Origin: the human T2T-CHM13v2.0 reference genome, Homo sapiens | DNA: 64,000 nucleotides | Reading direction: 5' to 3' (one strand) | Assembly (NCBI RefSeq): GCF_009914755.1 | Contig: NC_060934.1 | Part shown: piece by piece, positions 42,631-57,705 of the stretch | How the letters are laid out: each line of letters starts with the position of its first letter | Numbering within the stretch: position 1 is the first letter of the stretch | The notes under the pieces: generated by a model | Seen by the model: the letters and a program-made list of their open reading frames with translations, nothing else | The model's database searches: none | Told to the model about the DNA's origin: nothing | Made by a program: the position numbers and the translations under genes

Positions 42631-43381
42631 AAAAAAATTTTTTTTGCAGTAGGTTACTGGGGGTACAGGTGATGTTTGGTTACAGTTCTTTAGTGGTGAT
42701 TTGTGAGATTTTGATGCACCCATCACCCGAGCAGTATACACTGCACCCTATTTGCAGTCTTTTATCCCTTGACCCCTCCCACCCTTTCCCCCAAGTCTCC
42801 AAAGTCCATTGTATCATCCTTATGCCTTTGTGTCCTCACAGCTTAGCTACCACATATCAGTGAGAACATACAATGTTTGCTTTTCCATTCCTGAGTTACT
42901 TCACTTAGAATAATAGTCTCCAATCTCATCTGGGTCACTGCAAATGCCGTTCATTCATTCCTTTTTATGGCTGAGAAGTATTCCATTGTGTATTTCTACC
43001 ACAGTTTCTTTATCCACTTGTTGATTAATAGGCATTTGGGTTGGTTCCACAATTTTGTGATTGTGAATTGTGCTGCTATAAATCTGCAAGTATCTTTCTC
43101 GTATAATGACTTTTCGTATGAATCTGCAAGTATCTTTTTCTTATAATGACTTCTTTTCCTCTGGGTAGATGCCCAGTAATGCGATTGCTGGATCAAATGG
43201 TAGTTCCATTTTAGTTCTTTAAGGAATCTCCACAGTGTTTTCTATAGTGGCCATACTAGTTTACATTCCCACCAGCAATTAGAAGTGTTCCCTGATCACT
43301 GCATCCACGCCAACATCTACTGTTTTTTGATTTTTTGATTATGGCCATTCTTGCAGGAGTAAGTTGGTATCACATTACGGA
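42631..43381 (-). mobile_element. L1PB1-type 3' fragment
   Basis: GTTCTTTAGTGGTGATTTGTGAGATTTT...CACCCATCACCCGAGCAGTATACAC. Degenerate TSD TAAACCCTAATT / TAAACCCCAGTT (42619-42630, 43382-43393). Confidence 0.9.
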
Positions 43382-44871
43382 TAAACCCCAGTTTTTGAAC
43401 TTCACATACTGCACAATGCTGGTGATGTAGCAGCCCTGTTGGGATTTTGTTAGGGATCCTTAATCCTTGTTGTGTTGCTGTGAACAGGACTGTGTTTATT
43501 TGCAGGAGTCCATTCTCAATTTTCTGTGCAAATTGGGGAAGGCTGTTGATAATCGGTGGATGCTATAGTGCCCATGGAAAGACTCTAGTCTGAAGATACC
43601 AGTCTCTCCCTCCCAAGATCACCTCCCCTGACCAACCTTCTGCACTCCTGACAGATACAAGGGAGCAAGCAAGTTGCACCCAACCTAATAGTAAATTGCA
43701 GGGACATTTCCATTCTAAGGAAGGAATTTTTGTGTGTGTTGCAACTCAGCTTCTGCTCTGGCATTTTGCTGTGGTAAGCATTGCAAGGCAAGGTTTATAT
43801 AGGTTAGAAGAGAATTTTATTGTGACATTTTCTTTTTTTTTTTTTTGCAATTTCTGTTCAAGTATTTATTATGCCCTCTGTGTTATCATTTATTAGCATT
43901 TATATTGCCAATCATGTTGGAGAGTCCATGTGGTGATTTCTGAAAATGAGATGTGAGAAAGAAGAGGATAATTTAATCTAGACCTACAGATTGTGCTGAT
44001 AAAGTGATGAAGAACTACAATCTTCTTAGTCATTTCATTGTATAAGTGCAATAAAGGGTATGTAATAAATTTGTATGTTCATATTTACAACGGAAACTGC
44101 TTATCAATGAATTTCACGGGGCATTTGTGTCTTGCCAGATTTTGTGTCTTTCCTGGCAAACAACTTGTGACCACAGTGATGGCTCCAGCAGAATGGAAAA
44201 GACCCTTTACCTCACATCTCAGAAGTAAAGATGCTGATTATTTGACATCGCCATTGGAATCTCAAAACAGTGTAAAGCATTTGCTAAAAAGAGTCACTTT
44301 CTGAGAAATGACTCAGAATTCGACTTACGTACTAGCAGAACTTATTGCCCATAAAAGGAAAGGCCACACTTTTTGTGAAAACTTAATAATCCCTAGGATG
44401 TAAAATTATACTGAGTTAAATCCTAGTCCCATTTTTAGTACAAGAAATTGGAAAAAAATAATCCACTCTCAAATGGTAAGACAAATTGAGATATTGCTGA
44501 AAAGCCTCTTGACCCTGAAAAGTTCTGAATAATAAACTGATAAAAGCAGCAGCAGCATCTAACTTGACACCAGTCATGTCATTTGTAAGTAAGGTTGGTA
44601 AATAGTAATGAAATTCAAGCAATATTTTCAGCTATGAAGAGCTGCTCAAACCAAGCAAAGGCCAAGATCTACTTTAAATTTTGTCTACGTATCTTTAAAC
44701 AAGGCATCTGTCTTGGGGGCATTGTGTTAGCATCTGTACCGGTAACACCTCATCCAGGGTTGGCTTGATAAGAGGCTTCACATTTTTTGTAGAATAAGAA
44801 AAAAACCTGGCATTGTCACAACACACTGATTTGTTCATGCAGTAGTGCTTGGGGTCAAAAACTCTTGGAAT

Positions 44872-45481
<610 letters not shown>

Positions 45482-46324
45482 GTAACAAAAGGTTTGAATG
45501 CTCCTGCAAATACAGTCAAACAGGGATAAGTTCAACTGAGATTTTTAAAATTTTGTGAAAAGTCAGATAAAGAGACATCATCTTCTCCTCCAAACAGAAA
45601 TGTCATGACTGTGCTTGAGGGATACTTTCAAGATGACACAAAACCAGGTTTTTGGAGTGCTTTGAAGATGGAGAATGGCTTATTAACACTAGTCACATTG
45701 GCAGATGTTTTTCATAACATCAACCAGTTGAATAAGCCTCTGCACAGCCCTGGAGAAAATGTTTTCACCAAAAATGTCAAGAGTTTTTGGATTTAAAAGA
45801 AAACTAAAGTTTTGGAAAAAACCATGAGGCAAAAGAAATCCTTGAGATGTTTCCATTGTTGCTTGGGCCTGGGGCCATCAGTAAGTCTCAATTCTTATTG
45901 AGCAGAACCTGGCAGCACTGTAGAATGAAACTGAACCATACCTACCCTCTCTTTAAACACAAGTGCATGACCAGGCGAGGGAGCGTTTCGTTGAATCTTT
46001 GACTCAGTCTGAGAACAGAGTCTGGAGAGAAGAGGAAGAATCCTGCACCCCATGCAACCCCAGACTCTCTAGATGGGACTCACATATCACTCTGGAGGCG
46101 AGTCCTGGGTTTCTGGGTAAGAGAGTGCTCTGTCAGCCTCAGGGAAACCATGAACACTTCACTGCAGTTGCAACTTCCCGCACATAGGAACAAATTTTCT
46201 GTTATTTAATAAACACCAAGAGCAAGGGAAAAAGTTGTAGCCCTTCAGTTGACAATGACATCTGTGTGTACCTCAAGTTTGACTCAGAATTGAATTTTTA
46301 GGCAGCACATGTGTCACATTAAAG

Positions 46325-46885
46325 AAGGTCAAGTTGATCACCAATGACCAATGGTTTAATCAGTCACGGCTTCGTAAAAACTAAAAAGGACAGAATTCAG
46401 AGGGCTTGCAGTTAGTGGAACACGTGGAGGGCCCTGGAGGGTGTCATGCCCAGGACATGATAGCTCTGTACCCCATCCCATGTATCTCACCATATGCATC
46501 TCTTCATCTGTGTCCTTTGCAACATTCTTTAGAATAAACCAGTAAATGTGTTTCCCTGAGTCCTGTGGGCTGCTCTTGCAAATTAATCAAACCCAGGGAG
46601 AGTCGTGGAAACCCTGACTTGATGCCAGTTGGTCAGAGTTCAGGAGGCTTGGACTTGCAACTAGGAGGAAGGAGGGGGTTGGGGACTGAGCCTACAACCA
46701 ATGGGATTGGTCACTATCTCCAGGTAGATAGAGTTGGAATTCAGTTGGAGGACACCCAGCTGGTGTCCACTGCTTGGTGGTGAGAAGAAACTCCCACACC
46801 TTTGGTCACAGAAGTCTTCTGTGTTTATTGTTCTAGTGTGAGAACAGAGGAGAAGCCTGGTTTGAGTGAGTTTTTCCTGAAGCAA
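46325..46885 (+). mobile_element. MER21-like LTR (3' part)
   Basis: GCATCTCTTCATCTG...AATAAACCAGTAAATGTGTTTCCCTGAGT...GGAGGACACCCAGCTGGTGTC...TTTGGTCACAGAAGT. Confidence 0.75.
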
Positions 46886-46966
46886 AAGGGAAGAGCTTAA
46901 TTTCAAAAGGTAAGTTAGTTATATTTTTCTCTAGGAAACAATTGATTGCTTAAAAAGATATGATTA

Positions 46967-47323
<357 letters not shown>

Positions 47324-47570
47324 TTAGCCTTTTGTATCCTGAACATCATTTAAAACTTCCCTCCAGATTAGAAAGTTGAAGTCTGCTCATGGGGCCTTCA
47401 GTTGCTGTCTTAGAAATTCACTCTCAGGGTGTCAGAAAGTCCATCCTCCATAGGCATTTACAACAAGGAATTTGATTCCTTCTATCCCTGGTCAACTCCA
47501 GGCTTTTTAAAAAAGTAGCTTAATAAATATTAAGAGTGCATTTTTCTTTGTGAAGTTTGACACTCATTAA

Positions 47571-47869
<299 letters not shown>

Positions 47870-49374
47870 AAGATTAGTGGTAGTAAAGCGGTATGGGTGG
47901 CCTAAAATATTTTAGAGACATTACTTACACTTAGAATAGCAAATTACATCCCTATCTGGGCCTGTGTTTAGAATGAGTCAGACGGTTTTTTGTTGCCTGG
48001 TGACAGGCGTTGGGGTCACAGAGTCCTCTTTCTGCGATGTTGTGTATGACCCAGAGAGTCTCTGGCAAGATGTGGACAGATCTCTAAAAGGTCGGGGAGC
48101 TCAGTCTCCACGAAGCTTGCAGAACCCTCCCCATCTGCCTGCTAATAAACGATTACGTATAAAAATGTCTAAATACGTGGTGGTGTTGAATCTGTGACTT
48201 GGTTTTATTATAACCAGGTGGCAGGAAAGTAGCCAACCCTCACTCACATAGAACTTTCCACACTACTGTTTTCTCTTCCAAAATAACCAAGAATTTTTCA
48301 TGGTCAAGTACAAGTGGAAATGGCTGTCGGTTTGCAACAGCCAGGTTTACCAATGGATAGTGTTTTGCCAGGGGGTGGGACCTAGAATGAAAGGGGCAAG
48401 AGATCTGAAGGATGGGCAATGGGAGTGGTTGCACTATGGATCTGTAGAATATTCATCCTCCTAAACTGAATTAGGAGGAATGTAGTCATGGGGGTGGTTA
48501 AATGATGAGAAAATATGATGGAGTCTACTGATTGACATGAAGGAAGAATTTTTGCCATGTTCTTTTTAATGTTTTTCTTTTTCTCCTCTAAAAATAAGAT
48601 TTCAGTAGTGTGACCACAAATTAAACCTTAATGACACCCTAAGTAAAGAAGAGACTGGCCCCTCAGGGAATCCTTTATTATTTAGTATGGTAACTTGCTT
48701 CTTGATTTTACAAATATGAATTCTCTTGAAGAGAAATTTTGATCTAAGGCCAACTTTTCCCTTAATGGTTCCTTTGTGTCCATGAAGAGATGGTAAATGC
48801 ATACAAAGTTATTAGCAGCACTTTTCATAAAATAAAATTTAACACAGAAATTTGCTGCAAAATTAACTGCCAAAAGTTTTATATAGAAATGAATTTCGGG
48901 TTAACCACTATTTTATTTTACATTGAACATGGAAATTCACAGAACTTATTGACTTTATTATTCCACTATGTTCTTTCAACATAATTTGCTAGTCTATTAA
49001 ACTCTTGCCCAGGAAAATAAACCTGAAAATAACCTTATTGCTCATTTCAGGAATATCTTGAAAGACGCATCAACTCACCATTAGAAAACATGAAACGACA
49101 GATTATATCCTAAGATTGTGTGAACCTCTTACCTGGAAACCCGTACAATTGCTTTATCTACCAATCCTAAACTATTATATCTTGATCTTTACTCAATCCT
49201 AATTACACACCCACATTGAAAGACCTATCTTAATTCAGACTTCAAAATCTTACAAACGTCCAAGTCCCTCCTTTGAAATGCTACTAAGACTGCAGTAAGA
49301 ATACATGTAAGTATAAACATATCTATATTAGCTTTTTTTAAAACAACAGTGTCATTATCCTTTTTGTGAAACCA

Positions 49375-49600
49375 TATGCTAACATTTATTGAGCATTAAT
49401 AAGCACTGGGGCTGAGCACCTTCTCACACTGAGTTCTCAAGACAACAGTGTATGAAAGGTACTATTATTATTCCCACTTTACAGAATGGGAAAATGAGGC
49501 TTAAAAACATTAAATGCAGTAATTTCCCTATGGTTGCACAAGTAGGAAGGAGAGGGGGCCAGGAGCCCTGGTCGTTTACCCTCAGAGTCCACCTTTTGAA
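49375..49600 (-). mobile_element. MIR
   Basis: ATTATTATTCCCACTTTACAGAATGGGAAAATGAGGCTTA core. Confidence 0.7.
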
Positions 49601-50906
49601 CCAATGTTAATCTTCTTTCCAATTCTTTTAGATAAGAATGGTTCTTAATCATGTGCTGCATGTTTCACTGAGTTTTCTTCTTATCTCCTCTTCTAATCGA
49701 AACCAGAAGACCCAATATAATATCTAGTGTTCTCACCCAGCCCACATGCTCAATGCTGTAAAGCTGAAAATGGATCCAATGCTGTCGCAGAGAGGCAGAG
49801 AGTGAATTCCCAAGAGTTATGAGTCATCCATTCCCCTTTCAGAGCATGCAGTGACTGAGAGGAAGAGAGATACTAACACTTGAAGTAATCCAGTCTATCA
49901 ATAGGAGATGGACTGCTTTGATTTAAAGCGATTTACAAAAGGATTTGGATACCTCATCTCTCCTGTTTCGCCAAGGTCTTGACTCATCGCTGCAGGTTGT
50001 ATAATTAGTCTCATTAATCTAGCAAATGATGGCAAAATGCTTGGTAATGATGTCTAACTGGGGTTCCTTTCCAAGGAACCTTTGTTGTTTAATTAGGAGA
50101 TAATGGATGAGCTTGTAGAGAGACCAGGGTTATAAAAGGCAGTAGCATGTCAATGTGCCCATGCCTAGTTCAATACAATGGTTTTTAAGCCAAGTATTCA
50201 AATAAATTGACATTATGTAGGTACATGAATTTAAAAGGGGTCATTATTCACTAACTATATTTTAACATATGCTTAGAGCAACCCATTACTGCTGGGGATA
50301 ATAAACGGTGCCCAGATGAACAACCACATTGCATACAAAGGATGGTGTCTGAGATCACTACTGGGCCCGACTTAGCCACCATCTTTCCAAATAGAATCAT
50401 AGGTTTGGAAATTTATCCCTTCTATGGATGAAGCACCAAACTATTAAACTGCAAAACCATTCTGTATTTATTCTTTCCAGCTGCAGTTCCCTTGACAATA
50501 AATGAAGAGTTTGTCCTCTGATTATGTTTGATTTGTTCTCTTATTTACCCCAAAAGATTATATTAAAATTTATATTTCAGTTTGGATGGTTTCAGTTGTA
50601 AGTAACCAAAAAGCAAACTCAGACTGTCTTAAACAAAAAGGGAGATCTAGCGGCTAGAGGCAGAGCAGGCCTAGCTCTTGAATCAGAGTCCTGGTTTTAG
50701 TCTTTGATGTGTCTCTCCACCCTGCCCTTCTCTGACACTCAAATTTCATGGGTGCTACACGTAGAGGGAGGGTAGCATGGAAGGTGTGGAGATAACTACT
50801 ATGTCTACTTACGTGTCCACGAGTAACCTCATCACCACGTTGGGAGAAGCTACATACGATACTTTTTGGGAGAAACTGAGCTCCGGAGCTGCTTGGTCAA
50901 TCTCCC

Positions 50907-51518
50907 TGTAACCGAATCACAGGTTCACTTGATCACCACCTGCAGAGTCCAATCAACAAGAGCAAGGTCTGGTATAAAGAAAGTGACATTTTATTCTAAA
51001 GCTAGCTTACGGGAAGAAGTCCAGGCTTCCTGCCTTAAGGGTACTGCTTCAATTTTGGAGGAGAAAGTGGGCACTTTTAAAAGGGGGCCTGGCATGAGCG
51101 GCATGCGGGGGAGGGAGTGAGCAGCTGGGGGTCCATGGGACTTGCCTCGGTGCTTTATCTACTGCTCAAGCCGGCACCATCACAGGCAGAACCAGGTTGC
51201 AAAGCAGACTTGTCTCAAGATATGCTCCAGGTGGGAGAGAGTTTCATGCCGGGAATACTTTGGGTTGTAAATTGACTGTTGTTTCTTGAGGCATCTCCTT
51301 GGGGAGAGGTTTCTGCTCTGGAGCCTCTAAGTAAGTATACAGTTAGATAAGCTTGCCTTGTAAAGAACATCTGGAGAAGGCAGAATGTTATAATTGCATT
51401 TCTAAAGAGCTAAGTAGGAAGTGGGGAGATGGGAAAAGGAGAAAAGAGAAAAGAAGAAAATAATAATGAAAAAATAACGCGTTCTCTTTGTCTTAATAAA
51501 TGGGGATACTTGGTTACA
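50907..51518 (-). mobile_element. ERV1-class solo LTR (family unassigned)
   Basis: Inverted termini TGTAACC...GGTTACA, about 610 bp, LTR-like composition. Confidence 0.7.
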
Positions 51519-51525
51519 TGCCCGC

Positions 51526-52550
51526 TGACAAAGACTCTCTTCTTGATTAAGCTAAGGCTCCTCTGAGCCATCTTCTCAACTAGGCCTTAACCTTGGCCCA
51601 TGAGGATGGCTGACTCTCAGCACAGACAATTTTTTCTACCCATTCCCACACTAAGAGACACAAACAAACACTATCATTGTAACCGAACTCAGATCTGGGC
51701 TACTCATTGCTTGAAAGCCAAAAACTCAAGAGAGCTTTGGTGAAAAGAAAGTTCGCTTCATTCAAGAAGCCGGCAAACCAGAGGAGGGAGTGAACTAGCA
51801 CTCAGAGACCACCTCTCGGAGCTTTGCTTCTGGATCTTGATCCAGGGGGGGTTTAAGGGAAATTAGGGGAAATGATGACCAAAACATTTCTGTGAAATGT
51901 GCACAATAGGCAGCCAGTTAATCATTGCTTTCTTCATCAGTGTTTCGTGAGCTTCTACAGGTTCGTCAGCCCATTCTTAGAGCTGTTGGTTGGCAAATTT
52001 TCTTTTATCTCTGTTGAAGATCTTGTTTTCCTGTAGCTGTTATTAGTAAATAATGCACAAACTCAAGCGAAGCAATAATTGCATTCAAGCAAGCTTTTCT
52101 CTAACAAGGAGTCAGCACTGTCACAGCACGGTTCCTAATAGCTCAAGGATGCACTCCTGGGATGAGGACTCCAGGCTCCTTAAGTTCCTGCCTGGGAAAA
52201 CTCAAGGCTGCCAGAATGATTTACTTTTTGTTCCAGCCAACCCCTGAAGATAGGGCACCTGCCTTCTAGTCTCCATGGGAGGACAGAAGCCTAACTGGAT
52301 AATCGCCAGTTAACAAACACAGATGGACTAATCACGTAAACCAACCACCTCCTTCCCGCTTTTTTAAGTTTCTGCTTCCCTGACTCCACTGAGCCTATGT
52401 TCCATCCCTACTCCTACTTTCTGATTCTTTCCTTGAAACACCCAGTCACCTGTGCACAGAACAAAAGATGAACTCAGTTTATGCTGGACACTTCCCTTTG
52501 CAATAGACTGAATAAAATCTGTTCTCATCAACTTTAACTAGCGTCCAGCA
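51526..52550 (+). mobile_element. MER31/MER67-group LTR split by a second LTR
   Basis: Start TGACAAAGACTCTCT...GGCTCCTCTGAGCC...CTAGGCC; resumes at 52126; AATAAAATCTG near the end. Confidence 0.65.
51678..52125 (-). mobile_element. Nested ERV1-class solo LTR
   Basis: TGTAACCGAACTCAGATC...CACTGTCACA (TG...CA termini); interrupts the flanking LTR. Confidence 0.6.
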
Positions 52551-52654
52551 TTGGCACCATGTTCTTTAAGAATGACTTCCAAGTCCCTACTCCTTCCCAG
52601 CCCTCTTCATTGTGGTTTGTGTTTGTAGAACACAGAGTTAAAGTAAGACCTGTT

Positions 52655-53224
52655 ATTGTTATGGACCACAGGTTCTTAAGCTCCCACGCAATAGAAATTG
52701 ACACGAAGCCAAGCAAGTTTCCCAGACAAGGCTTTATTGAGGGCTTATGCTTGAGCACAAGGGAGACAGCACAGGATGAAGGATTCCCTGGCTGGCTCCC
52801 TGGGAAGAGCTGCTTGGGATCTTTTATTTGGGGGAAGAAAAGGGGTCAACGTTAAATAAAAGGTATGTAAACATGATTTGGAAGGAATTTCAGCCATGCA
52901 AGGGCAGTGTAGAGACATACTTTTTCATATATCACATGGCAGATAAGCCTCTCATCGGGCAGGGATTTTAGTATTATAATGAGGCAAGGGTCCGGATTGG
53001 TCATTCTCATGGTCTTGTGCACATGCAGGTGACAGGGTTAACTCCCTTGAGTAAGATTTATAGTGGAATGCTCCTGATGTTAGCTTCTTCACGCAGTTTG
53101 CAAGATCTGATCAGTGGGGGTGGCGCCAGCTGGCGGGTGCTGCAAGCTCTGGCGGTCAGCAGACATGTATAGAAAAATACATTAGTCAGGGTGGGCTGAG
53201 TAACAGGTGGGCTACTCTGTCTCA
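52655..53224 (-). mobile_element. ERV1-class (MER4-group-like) solo LTR
   Basis: Ends CTACTCTGTCTCA (TGAGACAGAGTAG on -); TTTATT poly-A signal on - near the left end. Confidence 0.6.
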
Positions 53225-53663
53225 TTACTTTGTACTTAGAAGAACTGCTGAAATCTTCCATGTACCAATACCTTGAAAAAGTAGCTGGCTATGGCTTAGA
53301 GACGTAACTTGAAATTGTTTTTATAGGTGACAACTTTGTGGTTGTGAATAAATACCTATACCAATGTATAATGTAGCAAATTTTGTAATTTAAAAATTAC
53401 TCAAAAGTCTTTCACATCCCTTATGTCTGGCTTATGGGTTTACTTTCAGATGACTAAATCCCATTGAGCTAAATCTCCTGAGGTTTTCCTGGAGTTGGAA
53501 GAATCCATCTATTTTGCTAGGGAAGCAAAGAGGTAAAACTCTTTTCCTTCAAAAGGCTTTGGGGAGTTGTAATGTCTAAGATACCCAAGGAATACCAAGG
53601 CAGATGTGTTATGAAATGCTAGCATCAATTAAGTAATTCACTTATTCCATCAATGACCCTCAG

Positions 53664-54242
53664 TCACAGGCCACCGAAACACCCCTATAGTTAAAAGTTG
53701 GGCTTATGACTTATTGCAGCAAGAGAGAACACACACCACGGAGGAAATGGGGCGGCCCCGTAAGAGGTGTTGAAAACAAACAATGATAGGATTTAGGCTT
53801 TGACTGGGTGAGCTGGGAGGGGGCTCTAAGGAAGTAGAGGTTTCTCTAGAGTGGATTATGCCTATGATCTCAGTCAATCTTCTGTATGCAGAGGAGAGAC
53901 TAAACTGAGGATAAAGCTGCAATTGGCAAAGAAGTAGCAGTCACTCATGTTAGTCTAGAGAGGGGATGTTTGACATTTGTGGGTGGCACAGTGGCCTTGC
54001 TTTTCTTTGTGTTTAGATGAAATTATGAAGTTATGAAAATTATAATTTATAAATAAAATTATAAAATTATGAAGTTATGAAATTATAAATGGTGCCCAGA
54101 TGAACAACCACACTGAGTACAAAGGATGGTGTCTGAGATCACGGAGGTGGGCCTGCTTCATTTCATTTGACAGTGGCCTCAGAGTAAGCTTCGTTGAGGT
54201 TGGTGTTCTGTGTGACTGTTGATGTCTGGTGGGAGAATAACA
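53664..54242 (-). mobile_element. Old ERV LTR carrying an internal insertion
   Basis: LTR-like sequence ending GGGAGAATAACA, interrupted at about 54031-54142 by AT-rich filler and a copy of 50301-50358. Confidence 0.55.
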
Positions 54243-55195
54243 TGGCCTGGCTGTGGGATCCAGGCCGGCTTCTGAATGCGAAGGGCTGCTGCTTTCTCTT
54301 TCCTCATCCATTCTACGTCGCTAAAGCGCTCACTGAGTGCTGGGGTCGCACAGTAGAAATGGTTTCTGTCTTTAAGGGATCTACAATGAGTGTTAAAAGC
54401 AGATGGAAAATAGACAATGGGCAATTAATTAGTCAACAAATATGAACCAAGTGCCCCATGGGGCAGGTTCTGTTGTGGACACGGGAAATATGAAGGAAAG
54501 CACAGACAGAGACCCTCTGCCCTCACGGAGTCCTCATTCTAGCAGAAAGAGACAAGCAATAAACAAAGCAAAGAAGTATGTTATCCATTGCGTTTGAGGG
54601 TAATTATGGGGAAAAGAAAAAGCAGAGTTAGAGGAATGACACCCGTAAGAGGGAATGGCAAGGGTTGCAACATTAAACTGGGTGGCAGAGGGGGTATGCT
54701 ATGATGAGTGTATACGGAACCATTATATGGAGGAAATACACAACCGCTCAGGCATAATTTTTTATCCATTTTTTTGATAACTTATAAACCAGGGAAAAAT
54801 AAGATATGCACTGTTTTATTTACTATATACAAGAAATCAGGTTTAGGTATGTTGAATCAATGCAACTTTACAGAAATATTACGTACATTCTTTATGGAAA
54901 CAAAATAATTTGAAGTATGTTTTCCCACTTATCAACATCCTGTAAAATTTGGAAACGGTGATCACTGCTTTTTATACTGCAGAAAAGGAGGAAGATATGT
55001 GATTGGTCTGTATTTGTTTATTTACTGTAACTTTAATTGATTGTTATATTTTTCTGCCACAGATGCTGGACCGTGACACGAATGTGGCCATTTCCACTGT
55101 CACCAAGCTCCCCTAGGTCTCCATCAGCTTCAGTGACCTGGGCTCTTTCACTTCTCAGAGATGCTCATCTGTGCATCTCCTGTCAGTTCTCGCTC

Positions 55196-55504
<309 letters not shown>

Positions 55505-56127
55505 TAGCCGAGTGATCTTTCCTTCCCATTCATCTGCTATCTGTCTGCTGGCTCTTTCTTGCCAATAAAGACTCATTTTCTCCTATCTAGACTTCTCTGG
55601 CATGAGGAATGAGCCAATTTAATGCATGTCTTAGGTGGGAGTGTGGTGAGTTGCGGAAAGGAGGTTTGGGGAGCTGGATTCTCTGTGAAAACGTGTAGCA
55701 AGGAGAAAGGTCACTGGGGAGATTATCATCTGCAAGGCATGAGAGGCTGTTCTATTGTCATTCACATGTCATCAGCCCAGTTATTAATACTTTCCTTCCT
55801 CTACCCCCTTGTCGTTGTTAAGGAGTTCCTTGGAAAAAACAAGTACTTTCCCTCCCCTGGTTGGTGTCTCTGTGTCTTCAAGATACTGCCTATTTTTTTG
55901 AGGTTTCAACACAAACAGATCTAGTCATGGCAAAATGGTGACATTAATTCTGACTTCCCAGCTTCAACACTCTTCCCCTAAGAGGCAGAGAATCCTAGCA
56001 CAGTAAGGGGTCTTAATGTTCTGGTCAACCCTTCTTGCCCACACTAGTCATGGAAGTCTTTGTTGAAATGCCCCCAGTGAAAGGAGGTTCATTTCCACCC
56101 AAGGTAGCTCATTCAATTTTGCCACAA

Positions 56128-56200
56128 CTGTGTGTGTGTGTGCGTGTGTGTAAATGTGTGGGTGCATGTGTGTATGTGTGTGTTGGTCCATGTGTGTGTG
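56128..56200. repeat. Degenerate (TG)n
   Basis: Direct reading. Confidence 0.85.
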
Positions 56201-56351
56201 GCTTCCTCCACCCATTAATTGTAATTCTAGCAGTTGGGGCCATGAAGAAAAATGCAACAACTCTTCTGGGCAGGAGGCTTTTAGATGACTGAGTACTCTT
56301 TTGACATGTTTCTTTATTTCTTTACCATCGATCTCTTTCCTCCAGGATTAG

Positions 56352-56756
<405 letters not shown>

Positions 56757-56778
56757 TAAAATAAATCACAATATTATG

Positions 56779-56802
56779 CTCTCTCTCTCTCTTCCCCTCT
56801 CT

Positions 56803-56852
<50 letters not shown>
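56779..56852. repeat. (CT)n followed by perfect (TA)~23
   Basis: Direct reading; TA run at 56806-56852. Confidence 0.97.
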
Positions 56853-56854
<2 letters not shown>

Positions 56855-57705
56855 GATTACTGACTGAATTAGTTTTTATTATTTAAACCTAAGATTTAAA
56901 ACCCTTCTGTTCATAGTCCTTAAACATGAAACTTAAAAATTAAGATTAAGTGTAGAATTAGCAATTTAACAGGACAGATTAAAATGTGTTTTACTGAAGC
57001 CAAATTATTTTCAATGTGAAGATACTACTACTATCATATAGCATGCATTTACATTGTTTATTGATTCCTTGTTATAACCCAATTCTCCTACCATTTGTTC
57101 TGTATATAAAATGAGGATACAAAATGTATTGTCTCCTCAAAGGGTTAGTGTGAGACTTGCACGAAATCATGCATATCAAGCACAATGCTTATTGCAGGAT
57201 AATGGTCAAAAATGGCAGATATTATTACTATAATTGTTATTGCTGGTGCTACGTTATCATTGGTGCTTTGTCTGCTTGCAGATTCGAATGGAATACAATA
57301 AAACCTTGCTGACAAACATCTTTCAAGTTTAGGTCTAGTTTCCAGTCCCCATCATGACTTTTAAAATTTGCTCTGAAAATTCCTGGTCATGACTCTTTCT
57401 AAATTAAACAGACTTTCAAGTTGCATATTAAAACGTGGGTCACCTCAGGGCAAGCTAGAAAGCCAGGGAGGAGTTATAATGATGTATAAAGGACATTCCA
57501 TGTTGCATCTTCCTCTACTTCTCTGAAAGAGCTCAAAATTAATGTTCAGAATCAAGAAAATACTACGGACCTGTCTTCAATATCGTGGCTGCCCCAAGAT
57601 AGATAAAGTTTTGATTTTCTTTGTCTTTGAATGTAATACATGGTAGTTCCTTGAAGGTTAATGAACTGCTCACAGAGTTTTGGTATAATAAATCTTTACA
57701 CAAAC

